A stretch of 64,000 nt of DNA from Oikopleura dioica (GCA_907165135.1 OU015566.1:3968001-4032000); one strand, 5' to 3'. Positions 12,481-25,147 are shown, counted from the first letter of the stretch. Numbers and translations: made by a program. Notes: generated by a model from the sequence alone, not told the origin.

Positions 12481-14768
12481 TTAATTGAAAAATTGCTTTT
12501 CTCTTTCAAGATATATTTTTCTTTCAAAAAAACCTAATTTGAGAAAGAAAAACATTTTTAGTCGTTTTTTCGTTATTCTGAAATTTCAAACTTCCAACAA
12601 CACACCCTTAAGGAGGGAGTCGACGAGAAAAATTTTTTCACTTTTTCAAAATTTTGGTTATATTTTTGGATTCCTTAATAAAAAAGGAGCATTTTTGGTC
12701 TCCAGCTTTTTGTGCATTGGTTAACTTTTTTTAACAAAATTTACGATTTTGTGTCTGGAATTCGAGATTTTACAAAATTTAAAAGTTGGTTATTTGACCC
12801 AAAAACAATCTTAATCCGATTTTTATTTACTAGATATTGTTTTTTAATGGTTTTATTATTATTTTCTGTAAAAAATTCCGAGTCTCGGCGCTTTTGGTGA
12901 AATTCTCCGTGAAAAATGAGCAAAAATGACGATTTTTAGAAAAATCGCATATTTTTAGTTAACAGAAAAAAATTTTTTAACAATAGCAACCCGTTTTATA
13001 TTGTCGCCGCTGTATTTTTATGGGTTTCAACTTACTATTTATTTAATTTGATGAAGAAAAAAAAATCCTGTTTTTGAGATTTTTTGGTTACGAGTAACCC
13101 CCACTTTGACCCAATTTTCTGAAAATTTTTCCAAAAAAAATTTTTTCTAGTTTTCGCCGCTGTATTTTTCAAACACTTTTCTTTCCACCTGAAAAGTCAG
13201 AATTTGCCTATCTAAGCAGGTTTTTCCGGATTTTTGGTTACAGAAATCCCGATTCTCGTCGACCTCCCCCTTAAATATCAACTTTAAGCACTCCCTATAC
13301 GCCTTCTATTGGATTAACCCTTACGTCATCATTTGGCAAAAGTGCGAAGTGACCTTCACGGAGAATTAAAATCACGTGAAACCGTCAATTCAGCCTTTTG
13401 TTCTTCTCCTAAGGAGCATCCACTTACATTCTTCCAGGCGCCTTTGGAAGTGATACATCCTTAACATCTTTGAAGAGCTTCCTGAGCCCTCGTTCACGCC
13501 CTTCCTAGCCATTTCTTCAAGTTTTAAAATGCTTCTTATTACTTTCTTCAATTCTCATTTTAATTCACTAAAGAAAGCCTTCACTTTCTTAATTCATCCA
13601 CTCCACCCTTAAGGATCTTACATTATTTTAAGAGTTTAAGAATACGCCCTTCAATTCTTAAGGGTCCACCCTTCAAAGAAGTAAATCAGATTTATTCACT
13701 TGCTCTTTAGACGAAAATTCGCGTGTGTCACCCTTAATCCACTCAAATTAAAGACTGTCTATTCTTACGACTCGCTAAAATTGGATTCTTCAAGGCTTGT
13801 CAGGCAGTCTTCATCCGTGAATTTGAGGAGTTTTCGAGTCAAAATTCTTGATTTTCCCTTTTTCCTTGTTTTTTTCGCCAAAAAATCCTTGAGAATTTCA
13901 GGAGCTCGATTTTGCTTACCTAAACGAAAAGAGCGCGAAACTATCAAGTTCTTGAGCGCCTAAGCCGCGAAATTCGAGCCGTCGTTAGGTTGAGCCGAGC
14001 GCGAAAATCCCCGACTGGATCCACCGATCGTTAGTGCTCTCTAACGATGGTAGGTTCAAGACTCGTTCAAGAAGCATCATTTTCAAGAACTTCCCCAATT
14101 CAGTTTCAAATAAGAAGTGTACTCGTGGGAGGAATCGTAAGACGCTCTAAACGAAGGTCAAGTTCTGAGCTCGCCCGCGGGGGCGGATTTTTATTCCGGA
14201 AAAAAGTGCCGTCCGGAGGACTTTGACAGCTTTAACCAGCGAACTTCACCGCTGAAAAAGGCAAAGATTTTCGTGACAACTCCTTTTTATTAAATAAAAA
14301 TCGATATAGAAAGAGGTCCCCTCAATTCATCTTCGTCACAAAATTTTGAAAAAAAAGTCAAAGAAGAAGGCCACGTGGGCCACCTTAGAGCTGACCAAGA
14401 ACCCCGTCGGAGTGCGGTCGGAATTTCACCGGAGCTGTAAAAGAATGTGCAAATCTACACTTGACCGCGGGAAATTCCGATCGGCGCACTCGAAAATTCG
14501 CATCGTCGTTTTTTCCTTGACTTTGCTCTAGAACAAAAATTGACCCGTTTAGATCACGTTCCGTGCATGTTAAAATAACGTGTTCTGATAAGCTGCATCT
14601 ATCAGCTCCTGATAAGCATTTACAAAGCCAATTAGATGGCGCTATCAATTTTACAAATCCGAAAAAAAACGGTTGCTTGATCATCTTATTTTCTCTTATA
14701 GAAAAAACCATCGATTTCAAACTCCATCTGATAATTGCGTTTAGACTAATCCGAGAAGAAATACCGCA

Positions 14769-17700
14769 ATGGCCAAATTATTTGGCCTTGCTCTGGCCGC
14801 TACGGCTAGCTTGGCGACAGCCGCAACTCAAGGTAAATAACCGATTTCAAATCCTGATTCGAGGAGTCGAATTTATTGAAGAACCGATAAAAATATTTCG
14901 ACAAATTTTGCGTGGAAATTTTCAACCAATCAGAAGCCTAGATTCGGCTTACGGGCTAATCAGCAGCGGAGTAGCCGCCCACGCAAAATTTTTCGAAATT
15001 TTCAACCAATCAGAAGCCTGGATTCGGCTTAGCGGCCAATAAGCAGCCGAATTGCCGCCCACGCAAAATTTGTCGAAATTTCCTCGATTCGTGAAACCAA
15101 CCCTTATATTCGTAATCTAACTCGATATCCTAGCTGATCATGGTCTCTCCTGGGGCCAATGGGGCGAATGGTCCTACTGTGGCAGAGTCGGAAGCACAGT
15201 AAAGAGACGACGAATCTGCCAAGGCCAAATCACCAACAAAGCATTGAAAAAGACACGATGTCTTGAGGTTTTGGCCGATTCCAATATCGAAACAAAAATC
15301 TGCACAGAAGCGGATTCACCAACCGTTGCCCCACCAAGCAACATGGTTCTCGGTCGAACTCAGCGAGAAGTACAGCCAAACGTCGTCCAGTGGCAGGAGT
15401 GGCAGGAATGGAGCCGATGCAACAACGGCATGCAAAAGCGAACAAGATTCTGCGGCAAAGCTGTTGAGCGAGGCATCCGACCAAACTCCGATTGCAAAGA
15501 GAAGAACCACGACAGTAGAAATGTCGTCAAGAATAAAGAGACTCGATCGTGCATTGATGATGTTCTCCGAGGCGGTCAAGATACTGGCTACTCCGTGAGC
15601 AGCAGCAGAGCCGACGGCAGAATGATGAGCAACGCTGCTTTCGACAGATTGAACGTTGACTTGTCCGATCCTCGATGCATGTACCATCCCGGCACCCAGA
15701 AAACTGACCTTGGCAGAATCGTTGGTGGTAAAGTCGCTTGCAAGGGCTGCCATCCTCATATTGCTATGCTCTCTTACGTCGGATTTGGCGGCTACGGCCA
15801 GTTCTGTGACGGTTCGATCATCAACGAGAGATACATCCTGACAGCTGCTCATTGCTTTGTCGGCTGGGATGAGAGCCCATCGACATACGAAGTCCTCGTC
15901 GGCGCCCACACGAAAACATCCGAAGAAGAAAACCAAGCCACCTACCTTCTCGATGAAATTACGTGCCACAAAGAATACAAAGTCACTCAGCGACAAATCT
16001 TGTATGATATTTGCATCTTGAAAACATCTGAGCGAATCGAATTCCACGAAACCGTTTGGCCAATCTGCTTGCCAGACAAGATCGAGCCACCAAACTCTGA
16101 GGAGCTCGCTGGAATGTTTTGCACCGTCGCTGGTTGGGGTGACACTCGATGTAAGTACCAAATTGATTTTCTTCAGGATTTTTTTTGCGAGCCCTTATTT
16201 GGAACGCCCTTGTTATGTCTCAGAATGTCCCAAATGTCCCGAATGTCCGAATTCTAGAGACAGAAAAGTTGTTACTGAGCTCGTATTTTGCACTTTTTTT
16301 TCAAAATCCGACGAGGACATTCGGGATATTCTGGGACATTCGGGGACATTCGGGGACATTTGGGGACATTCGTGACATTCTAAGACATTCGAGACATTCG
16401 GGACATTCGGGGACATAACAAGCGTCTGATCCTTATTGACCTTGAAATTTAGTTACTGGCGATGACAGAATCCTCAATGAAGTCGATGTTCCTGTCCTCA
16501 CCCACAAGACATGCCAAGAATGGTATGAGGACAACAACATTCTCGTCGATGTCGATCAACATGTCTGCGCTGGATACGAAGAAGGAGGTCGTGATGCTTG
16601 CCAAGGAGACTCTGGTGGACCTTTCGGTAATTATTGATCATTCAAGTCATGAACTAATAATGAATTTTAGTCTGCAACCGAACTGACGTTGCCGGCCGTG
16701 AAGACCCAAGTGTAAACGGCAAAGTTCTCACAGGAATTGTCTCTTTTGGCGTTGGATGCGCTCAGGCAAAGAACCCAGGAGTCTACACAAATATCAATCA
16801 TTTCCTCCCATGGATCCACGAGCAAATTAGCAGTAAGTCGAAGTTCGAATTTTAACATTTTCAACAATTTTTGGCCGACTTTCCTGATTCTTTTATTTTT
16901 CAGAGCACGACGACTGTTACCCAGTGAATCCCTGCCAAAACGGCGGCCAGTGTTATGATACGATCGCCAGCCATACTTGCGAATGCACATCGGAGTGGAG
17001 CGGTGATAACTGCGAGATCCATGTTACAGGTAATTTCCTCCAAAACGATCGGATTCTTGAAAAATTGTCTTAGAGATCACAGCTTGCCATAACAACCAAT
17101 GTCAAAATGGAGCCGAGTGCATCCTAATCGACAGCTCCAGAGGATACGAATGCAAATGCAAAGATGGTTATGGTGGACCTTTCTGCACAATCGGTAAAAA
17201 ATTCTTGAAAACACCCCGAAAATTAGCCCGCGTTTAGTGACCGACAAATGTGTCTTGATCGATTGCAACTTCGGCGAATGCGAAGTCGACAGCAACGGGC
17301 AACCAAGATGCGTCTGCCCGAGCAACTGGACTGGAAGCTTCTGTAACGAAGACGTCAACGAGTGTTTGAGCAATCCATGCGCCGCTGGAGCTGGATGTGA
17401 CAATACCAAGGGTGGATTTGAATGCTCTTGCCCATTCGGATTCAAGGGTGACGGAACCATCCAAGGAACTGGCTGCTCTGGTAAAGATATCTCTCTTCTT
17501 TCATCCTCTAAAATGATCTAGATATCGATGAATGTGCTGAGGGAACTCACAACTGCGGACCTTCCAGCATCTGCACCAACAACCAGGGTGGATTCAAATG
17601 CTCTTGCCCCGCCGGCTACACTGGAAACCCACCAGCGGTCAAATGCCGACCCGCACAAAAGATGGAAGGTAAGAACTCAAGTTTTTCTCTTCCAAATTGA

Positions 17701-19563
17701 TTTCCAAAGTTTTTTGGCCCTTTTTGCAAAATTCTATTTTCTTTCTTTCTTAGATGATGATTCTTATGATGACGATAGTTCTTCATCCTTCGAGAATGAA
17801 TACGGTATAAAAAATCGACCTTGAAATACAATTGAAACTGCAGGGGAATTTCTCATCCCTAGAAATTTCCTTCCCTCAAATTTTTGATTTTATAAGAAAT
17901 TCTGGCCCTTGTTCTTATAAGCACTTTTTTTGTTTGAATCAATAGCTAACATGATTTTCATAGCTGATGACTGCGATATGCTCACCGAGGATTGTGGTAA
18001 TTTCTTTTTTTTTTCCTGTCAGATAATGTTCTTCTTTTGAAGACTTTTTCTGTTAAAATTTTTATCCATAATTTCTTTTCTAAATCATGGGTATCGTAAG
18101 AAAAACGATTTTTCGGGGGAAATAACTTTTTCATTTCCCGCGAGTTTCAGAAAAAATTAAGGTCATCTTCTTTTCTAATGTATTTTCTAGCTGGAGCCTC
18201 CTGCCCAAATATTGTCTACGAACTCTCGAAGGTCACCTCCAACTTCCTCAAGTACAACGATGGTACTCCACGATACGAGATTACTTGCGGAGTCAACGGA
18301 CAAGAACTGTAAAAAAACCCGCTTTATATTACTGTTTGTTTACTTGCTTTCTAGCTCTTTTGACGATCTTGTTGCTGACAAGAGCATCACTCATCCAATT
18401 TCTCCAATCAAGGGCGGTGCTCACACTGACAATTCTTGTCTTTTCAGGTAAAACTTTTTCGAAAATCATTCTCTTTGAGATTATTTTCTCTAAGATGAAA
18501 GATGCTAACTTGAATTTCAGATGCAAACCCGGCCAAATGATGTCCGCTCCAGCCTTCTCGAAAGTACCAGGGAGTCAAGCAAGAATCGATTGCGTCAACC
18601 GCGCCAAGGGAGTTGCTTTGAAACCAAACAGGAACCAGCTCCGATGTCACGGTAAGCAGAAATCACGTGGAGCCCCCTCCGTTTTATTTCCAACCATAAT
18701 AAAGAGCACTTTCGTGATTTTCAAATTGATCTTAACGTGAATTATGAAATCGTACTTTTCCGAAAAAAAAATCTATCAAGCCCAATTTTATCCAAAGCTA
18801 ATCTCTTTCTTTTCAGGCTGTAACCCAGTCCCTGGCGTTGATTTCTCCAATTGCCAAGTCAAAAACAAGAAGCTCATCGTCTGCCAGGCCAAGTGCTCAA
18901 GTAAGTCTTCCTTATTTTCCAAACAGAAATACATCTACAGTCGGAGTCCAAAAAAAGGGACTTTTTCTGCTCCAAAATTTTCGTAAAAAGTCCCTTAAAT
19001 TGGTACAATTTAGCATTAAAATCATACAAACCATGCCGCAGATTTTCGGCATTTTGGGCCAAAAAGTCCCTTATCTTGGTGTCCATTATCTTGAACTCTG
19101 ACTGTAATCCTAATCCTAAGGGTAAGGTCGGCAAGTGTACAAGCATCTTTTGAATTGAGCCAATCAGATGCCCTTATTTTTCAAGCAGCCAATCAGATCT
19201 CTCCATTTCAAAAAATGCTTGCACTATTGCCGATACTACCCGTAAGCGTAACCGCTTCTACAAGAGGCAATTCTGATCATGAAGCGTTATTCTGCGCTCT
19301 GATTGGTCAATCATGTAAAACCGCCCGGTCGTTGCTGAAAGACATCCTTGTAGCTGAAAACCTTAACACTGACCTTCCCTAAGATCTGAACAGTAAAACC
19401 CTTCATACCTCCCATATCAATCCCTAACCCTAACCCTAACAAAGACCGAAACAGGGAACATCAACCCTAACCTAAATTTTAAGGCGGCGGAAGCAGCGTC
19501 TCAGTCCGATGCCAGAAGAAGAAGGGCAAATTCATCTGGAGCGCAAGCTTGCCAAAATGCTGA
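14769..19563 (+). CDS. Secreted mosaic trypsin-like serine protease: signal peptide, 2x TSP1, trypsin, ~5-6 EGF, acidic linker, Cys-rich sushi-like C-terminus (multi-exon)
   Basis: Signal exon [21 protein letters not shown]; [10 protein letters not shown] and [13 protein letters not shown]1 motifs; activation site LGR|IVGG; triad ILTAAHC / YDICIL / [10 protein letters not shown]; canonical GT-AG exon chain ending ...[10 protein letters not shown]. Confidence 0.9.
14878..15085. mobile_element. CCAAT/GC-box MITE in intron 1 of the protease gene
   Basis: TTCGACAAATTTTGCGTGG ... GCCGCCCACGCAAAATTTGTCGAA with tandem CCAATCAGAAG units. Confidence 0.8.
16209..16422. repeat. Fold-back element made of inverted ATGTCCCGA / GGACATTCG arrays (intronic)
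   Basis: Ends CTTGTTATGTC / GACATAACAAG; about 4 forward and about 11 reverse 9-10-bp units. Confidence 0.85.
18938..19104. mobile_element. Tc1/mariner-like MITE (TA TSD) in an intron
   Basis: TA|CAGTCGGAGTC ... GAACTCTGACTG|TA with inner AAGGGACTTTTT/AAAAAGTCCCTT repeats. Confidence 0.7.
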
Positions 19564-20658
19564 GATGATGATGATCACCAATCATTTTAATTATTTTTTA
19601 AAAAAGTCGCGAAAAATTTTAAACGATTAATTTAAAATTTTAAGTTAAAATTGTTAAAGTACAAACAAACTGCCCTGCAATCATGTAAATAGAAACCGAA
19701 CCCCCGAAATTTTGAGAATTTTTTTCATTCAGCTTTAACCAAATAATTTTAACCAATTGAAGATAGACACACCATTTGATGGACCGACAACTTGGGCGCT
19801 TGGTGGCGTGGTTCTTTTATTATTTTTGCGTACTACTAGGCGATTGTCTGACCGGTCAATCGGCGCTTGTTGTTTTTTTTTGTCTCTAGGGGAGACCCTT
19901 AACCCTCGGCCAGCGTCGAGCTCTCACCAAACGGAGTGAAAGTGTCATATATTTTTTCTAGAGCTCGACTTTTCTTCTAGCTGCTCGAGATATTACGTAA
20001 CAACTCATATCATTATCAACAAACGTAATAAATCTATCAAAAATCCGCTAGGAAGCGCTCCTCATAAGCTTATTTACGCGCCAATTGATTTGAAAAACAT
20101 CAAAGGCGGCAATTTGCGTAGGTGCGTCACATTTTATTTCGACCAATCAAGAGACAGAACAATCGAGAACAACCGGTCAGACTTGCCGGACCACAGCCAC
20201 GCCCCTATTCTTAATTTTTGCTGTTTTTGCCACTTTTTGCGTTTGATTTTTACTCGATTAGCAGTCACACCCTTAAGGGCACTGCTAACCTGGCCTGAAG
20301 GAAAATCCCAAATTTGATGCAAAATTCAGCTCCCCACCACCTTTACACCAATTACTACAAAATATTTATTTCAAAAGTCCGATAAGAAGAAAATCAACCA
20401 CTCTTATCAGACAATCACCTGTATATAATTGTAAACATACTGTACCCTTAATTAACAAGGAAATGATCAATGTGACGCAGAAGATCAACTGGGTCCACAC
20501 TAACGCCAAGTGCGCATTTTCTGTAAATTTACTTTTTTCTGAACTTTGAATAAAAATACTATGAGGCCAGCTGCCCATCGATACAAAAAATAATGCCTTC
20601 TTCGATTTCTTTTCCATGAAAAATATTCATCAAAAAGTTTTGCCAAAAAATTAGGAAT

Positions 20659-20806
20659 GGTGTCTGGAACCGGCAAAAAATTTTCGACAAATTTTGCGTG
20701 GGCGGCTACTCGGCTGCTGATTGGCCGGTTTGCCGAATCCAGGCTCCTGATTGGTTGAAAATTTCCACGCAAAATTAGTCGAAATTTTTTGTCGGTTCCA
20801 GACACC
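20659..20806. mobile_element. Complete CCAAT/GC-box MITE
   Basis: About 45-bp arms GGTGTCTGGAACCGGCAAAAAATTTTCGACAAATTTTGCGTGG / CCACGCAAAATTAGTCGAAATTTTTTGTCGGTTCCAGACACC. Confidence 0.85.
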
Positions 20807-21340
20807 TACCCGAAAATTAAGGGGGTCCCCATGTAAACGATAATATCTGTTCATATAGTGACACCCTTAAAAAATAGGGATTTTTCATTCAAGAAATTTT
20901 GATTTTTATTTGGAATGAACTTTCGAAAATCGTTGTTGACACCCTTAACTGTTTTTTTTTTCAAAAGCGTAATTATGGAGGGAGTCGTATATTCATGAAA
21001 AAAGCCAGGTACCTTCCTCGTCAGGTCGCTGTAAGGCAATATTCACGATGAAATTGCAATAAAGAGGCTTCAAGTTCCAGCAAATTCGAAAAGGAAAAAC
21101 GCCTTAGGAGCTAAAAGTCCGCTCGGAGCATAGAAGTGCCCATGCGTTGAATGTAATTTAAGCATTTATTCTTTCTGAGGACATTTGCATGTCGCCCAGC
21201 GGTGAAATCTGTCAATCAAATGTCCAAACTGCGGATGGAGAGCTTCAGCTTGTCGCGTCATTGTTCGAGGAAAACGGGGCTCATAACACAGAAGGAGTTA
21301 AGTTTCTAAAAGAAAAGGAGAGAAAAAAGGAGAAGACTTT

Positions 21341-23615
21341 TTATTCATCAGATAAATGAGCAGGGACGTCGATTTCCTTCAAAAAGACATTCGATGGTTT
21401 TTCTCGGTCAGAAGCTCGCTCGAGTTTTTCAATGACTTTTTTGATCGCGTCCGTTGGTCGATTCATTCGTTTCATCAGCTTTTCCGTGTCGATTTGTTCC
21501 TAAGAAAAATTCAAGTTTTTCATTTTTCTGAATATTTTTTTACCTTGCAAGCATCACTGATATTCTGATCAAGGTACAAATCGGCCAAGAATTCGAGAAC
21601 TCCTGGGAAGTTCTTTTCCTCGGCGAGTTTTCGGACCTTTGATTGAATCGTTTGACCGGCTGTCTAGAAAGAGGGGAAAAAAGTTTGATGGATTCGCGAT
21701 TCTAGTGTACCTCGGAAGGATCTTTCTTCGTGTTGACGCAGTTTTTGCCTGCTTCTCGCTGAAGAAGAAGCTTGAGATTGTTGTGCTGGGTGCTGATGAC
21801 TCGGAGTATCTGTTTTCGGAGTGTTCTTTTGGCTCGGTTTTGAGCGCTCTAGAATATTTTATGCCCGAGCAAGCGCTCTAAAAATCTAGCTTTTGCTTTA
21901 CAGTTGTTTCTTGAACATTGAAAACTCATTCCTTGGAAAGATGGCCAGATCCACTCAAGTTTTCCACGGCCCAAGATGCATATGCTTCTCGGTTTCTCTC
22001 GATAAGTCCTTAGTTTTACATGGTGAAAATCATTTCCAACTTCGAGAGAAGTTCCAACTCTAGTTGAACTTACCAGCAGCATTTTCAGCTCTTGTTTTAC
22101 GCGTTTGAGAGGTTTGAACGTCCTTCATGAAGTTGTTCACGTGGGCATAATTGACACTTTTTTGACTCAAAAATCTGATCATGGAGTTTTGATTTAAAAA
22201 ATTCTAGTTTTGAGCCGTTCCAAGTGGAGCATTCGCAGTTGGTATGGCTCACGCATCGTCCATTATTACAGCAAGGCTAGAAAAAGGAATGATTGATAAT
22301 GACTGTACAAGGAACTTACAGTAGCGAATTCGTTGCCATTGACGGGCACAAGAGCACAGGGAGCAAAGTTGAATTTTCGCCCGCATCTGCCATCCGATCT
22401 GGCTCCAGTGACATCTGAATTTCGTTGATCACGATTTGGCTAATCAGAATTTCTCACCAATTACGACGCCAGCATTATTTTCAACCATTCTGTGCGGGAA
22501 AGCAAGCATGCTCATTCGCATCTGCTTTCCTCCCTTCTTCTTGGCTTTCTTTGCCTTTTTGGGTTTCTTGGTCTTCTTGGGTTTTGTTCCCTTTGGTTTT
22601 TTATCTTTCTTTGGTTTTTCTCCCTTTGGTTTTTTGTCCTTCTTTGGTTTCTTTGCCTTAAAAATGTAAAAATATGAGTAAAATATACGGAGTAACCTTG
22701 GATGGCTTTTGCTTTTTTGGAGTGTCGTCCTCTTCATCGTCATCTGATTGGTTTTTCTTTGGCTTTTTCTTTCCTACCTTTGATGGTTTTTTCTTTGGCG
22801 CTTTTGTTGCCTTTTTGGCTTTTTCTTTGGGCCAATTTTTCGATTTGTATCTTGCGCGATTTCTCCATTTTCTTGAGAATCATCATCATCTTCATCGTCG
22901 TCGTTGTTGTCATCATCAGAATCGAAGGAGGAGGAAGGAGCAAAGGAGTCGAAACTCCAACTCTTTTCTTCGAATTCTTCCTCTCCGCCTTCTTCTTCGA
23001 CCGAGTCGTAGAGGATTTCAGCCGTGGTCGTTTGTTTCTCTGTAGTAGTGGTTGTGGTGGTGGTTGTAGTAGTCGTGGTGGTGGTAGTCGTGGTGGGTGT
23101 GGTAGTAGTTGTTGTTGTCGAAGTGGTTGTCGTCGTCGTTGTTGTTGTAGTTGTGGTAGTAGTCGTTGTGGTAGTGGTTGTTGTGGTGGTGGTTGTTGTC
23201 GTGGTTGTTGTTGTTGTTGGTTTTGTAGATTTGGTTCTATCGCGCCCAACAAGACAAAAACTGCCCCTCAGACCTTATCTGGTTCTATTCAGTGTCAATT
23301 TGAAAAATGAACAAAGCTGGGCGGATATTCAAGCGAGAAAGAACCATGCTCTGCATTTTTGATTGTAAGGGCTTGCTTAAAGTTACAAGTTCCTCTTGGA
23401 GTATGACTGCAGCACATTGCCCCTGGACCACAGTCATCTTCACACGGGCCCCCATAATATCTATTAAGACGTGAAAAGGGTTGATTGAAGTTCTCTTACC
23501 TGTAGCCATTTCCACAAGTTTTCCAGCAATCTTTAGTGTTCTCTAAAACTGTATACTGAATATTTTTCAGTGAGGCCGAAGCCAGGCCCAGGAAAAAAGG
23601 AACCAAAAGGCGCAT
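21341..23615 (-). CDS. Secreted modular protein: Cys-rich N-domain, ~55-residue poly-Thr, Asp/Glu tract, Lys-Pro tract, hevein (ChtBD1)-like domain, helical C-terminus
   Basis: Signal MRLLVPFFLGLASAS; DCWKTCGNGYRYYGGPCEDDCGPGAMCCS; mixed-codon ACN run; DDDNNDDDEDDDD; (KKPKG)n; SDGRCGRKFNFAPC...PCCNNGRCVSHTNCECSTCVNY. The model needs one frameshift fix near 22815 and inferred GA-AG introns (22157-22220; about 21851-21931). Confidence 0.7.
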
Positions 23616-24475
23616 TTTTCCTATTGAATCGGCAAAATAAAAATTGAGCGTTTATTCAAAAACAGCAATATTCAGCGACCTTTTTTGGATTCTTTAGAAA
23701 AAATAAAAGTGATTCGTCTGATCGAAATGAAAACTGAATTTTTACTTTAAAACTTTTCAAAAGTTCTTATCAAAAAAATCGGTCGAGAACCATGTCATTT
23801 TCCTAAAATGTCTGCCAGACAATTTTCTTTCTTCTATGCCGCCTAATGTCTTATTTTCTAAAGTACAAAGAGGCGAAAAGAAGGCGCTACACGATCAGAT
23901 GAGGAGGAAAACACAACGCGGTCGGGGAAAATTGAACCCTGGCGTGTTAGACCCGTGAATTATTCAAGAAGTGTTTCAGGAAAAGTGCTGTTCCAAACGA
24001 CACTTGTCACTAGTCACGAGAATGAACACTTACGAGCAAGAGACGGGGTCACCAATTTCTATATTTTTTGTTGGGTTTCTTGAAAAATTAAGATTTTTCT
24101 TGCCAATTGATTGAGATTATCTTCTATGATCCCGCTAAAGTCGTCATCTACATCGCCTTCCTACCAACTCTTCTCATCTTTCCAAGCTTTTACATTTGCC
24201 TAAAAGCAGTGAAAGAATTCAAGTTCGGTTCGACAAGAGAAACAAGAAATTAAATCTCAGTACAAAAAAATCAACCAAAAACAGTACGAAAGTAAAATGC
24301 AAAAAGTTTACGCGCAAGCGGTCAATGAGGCGAGAACAAACGCAGCTAACAGGAAACCGGTTTCAGAGCCGATAAAGTCAAAGTGGAAAACTGCTGGGGC
24401 GTTTGGGGCGAAATCAGGATTGCTGCAGAAAATGCATTCGAAGGATCTACCGGTAGGATTTTTCGGTACAGGGAC

Positions 24476-24629
24476 GGCCTTGTTCATCTTTGAATTTGTG
24501 CATGTGTGACCTTGTTCGTTCCCTTACCTTATGTAGGTTTGTCCTTGTTCATCATGTGGATAAAACACCTGCATCAAGACAGGGGACGAACAAGGGCACA
24601 TATGCAGAAAGTCGAGGATGAACAAGGCC
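24476..24629. repeat. Imperfect palindrome / MITE remnant
   Basis: GGCCTTGTTCATC...CTTGTTCGTTCCC on the left pairs with GGGGACGAACAAGG...GATGAACAAGGCC on the right. Confidence 0.7.
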
Positions 24630-25147
24630 AACGCCCTTTTTTGAAACTGCTTCAAAACTTCACCATATTTCGCTCCTTTTGTAAAAATCAAATTGTAGAA
24701 TCCGAAAGTCGATCCTTTCCCCGTGTAGCAACCCGTGCCCGCCGACTTTAGATCAGCTACTTGATTTCTATTTGGAACTCCAGTTTCCATCGCCAGGAAA
24801 ATCGACAAGTACTCTAACCTGAACACATGCTTCTGTGAACAAATTACCTGTGTTCCACTCCAACTCGGGGGCCACCTCCTCGACTGTATAGATTATTCAG
24901 CGAAAGTCAGACAGATAAATACAAGACACATTACCGGTACAAAATCGTGTTCTCGGCGATTAAAAATTAAGGGGGAACCAATTTGCGGTTTCCTCTCTTT
25001 TTGTAAAACAATCTGGGGGTCATATGGAGGACATAAGGAATTATATAGAAGAAGATTTGTTGAAAGCAAAATTGATAGTTTATTGTCAAAAGTATACAGC
25101 TTGAGTTGAAGAGCAACTCAAAAAAGAAAAGTTGTAACTGAAGAAAA

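Noticed and set aside
14120-14200. tRNA-like or SINE-like stretch (GAAGGTCAAGTTCTGAGCTCGCCC...TTTT)
   Set aside because: No cloverleaf and no convincing A/B boxes.
16139-16418. ORFs with periodic translations (also 56765-57264)
   Set aside because: They are translations of intronic 9-10-bp minisatellites.
16209-16422. CRISPR-like array (also 615-1110 and 56892-57067)
   Set aside because: Units are contiguous tandem repeats with no unique spacers, in a eukaryotic context with no cas genes.
22825-22865. 41-nt GA-AG intron as the explanation for the frameshift
   Set aside because: Formally possible, but a single missing A gives a natural PKKKPKKATKAPKKK and fits the window-wide homopolymer-deletion pattern.
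22674-23362. Plus-strand ORFs (poly-Val, Cys/Gly-rich, Phe-rich) and the minus-strand poly-Gln ORF
   Set aside because: They are antisense or alternative-frame shadows of the poly-Thr/acidic/Lys exon; only the Thr frame links to a signal peptide and splice sites.
24110-24826. Coding exons (TM-like segment on plus; 100-aa ORF on minus)
   Set aside because: The minus ORF runs through a palindromic repeat. The plus segment needs an unverified 31-nt intron and has no start or end I can support.
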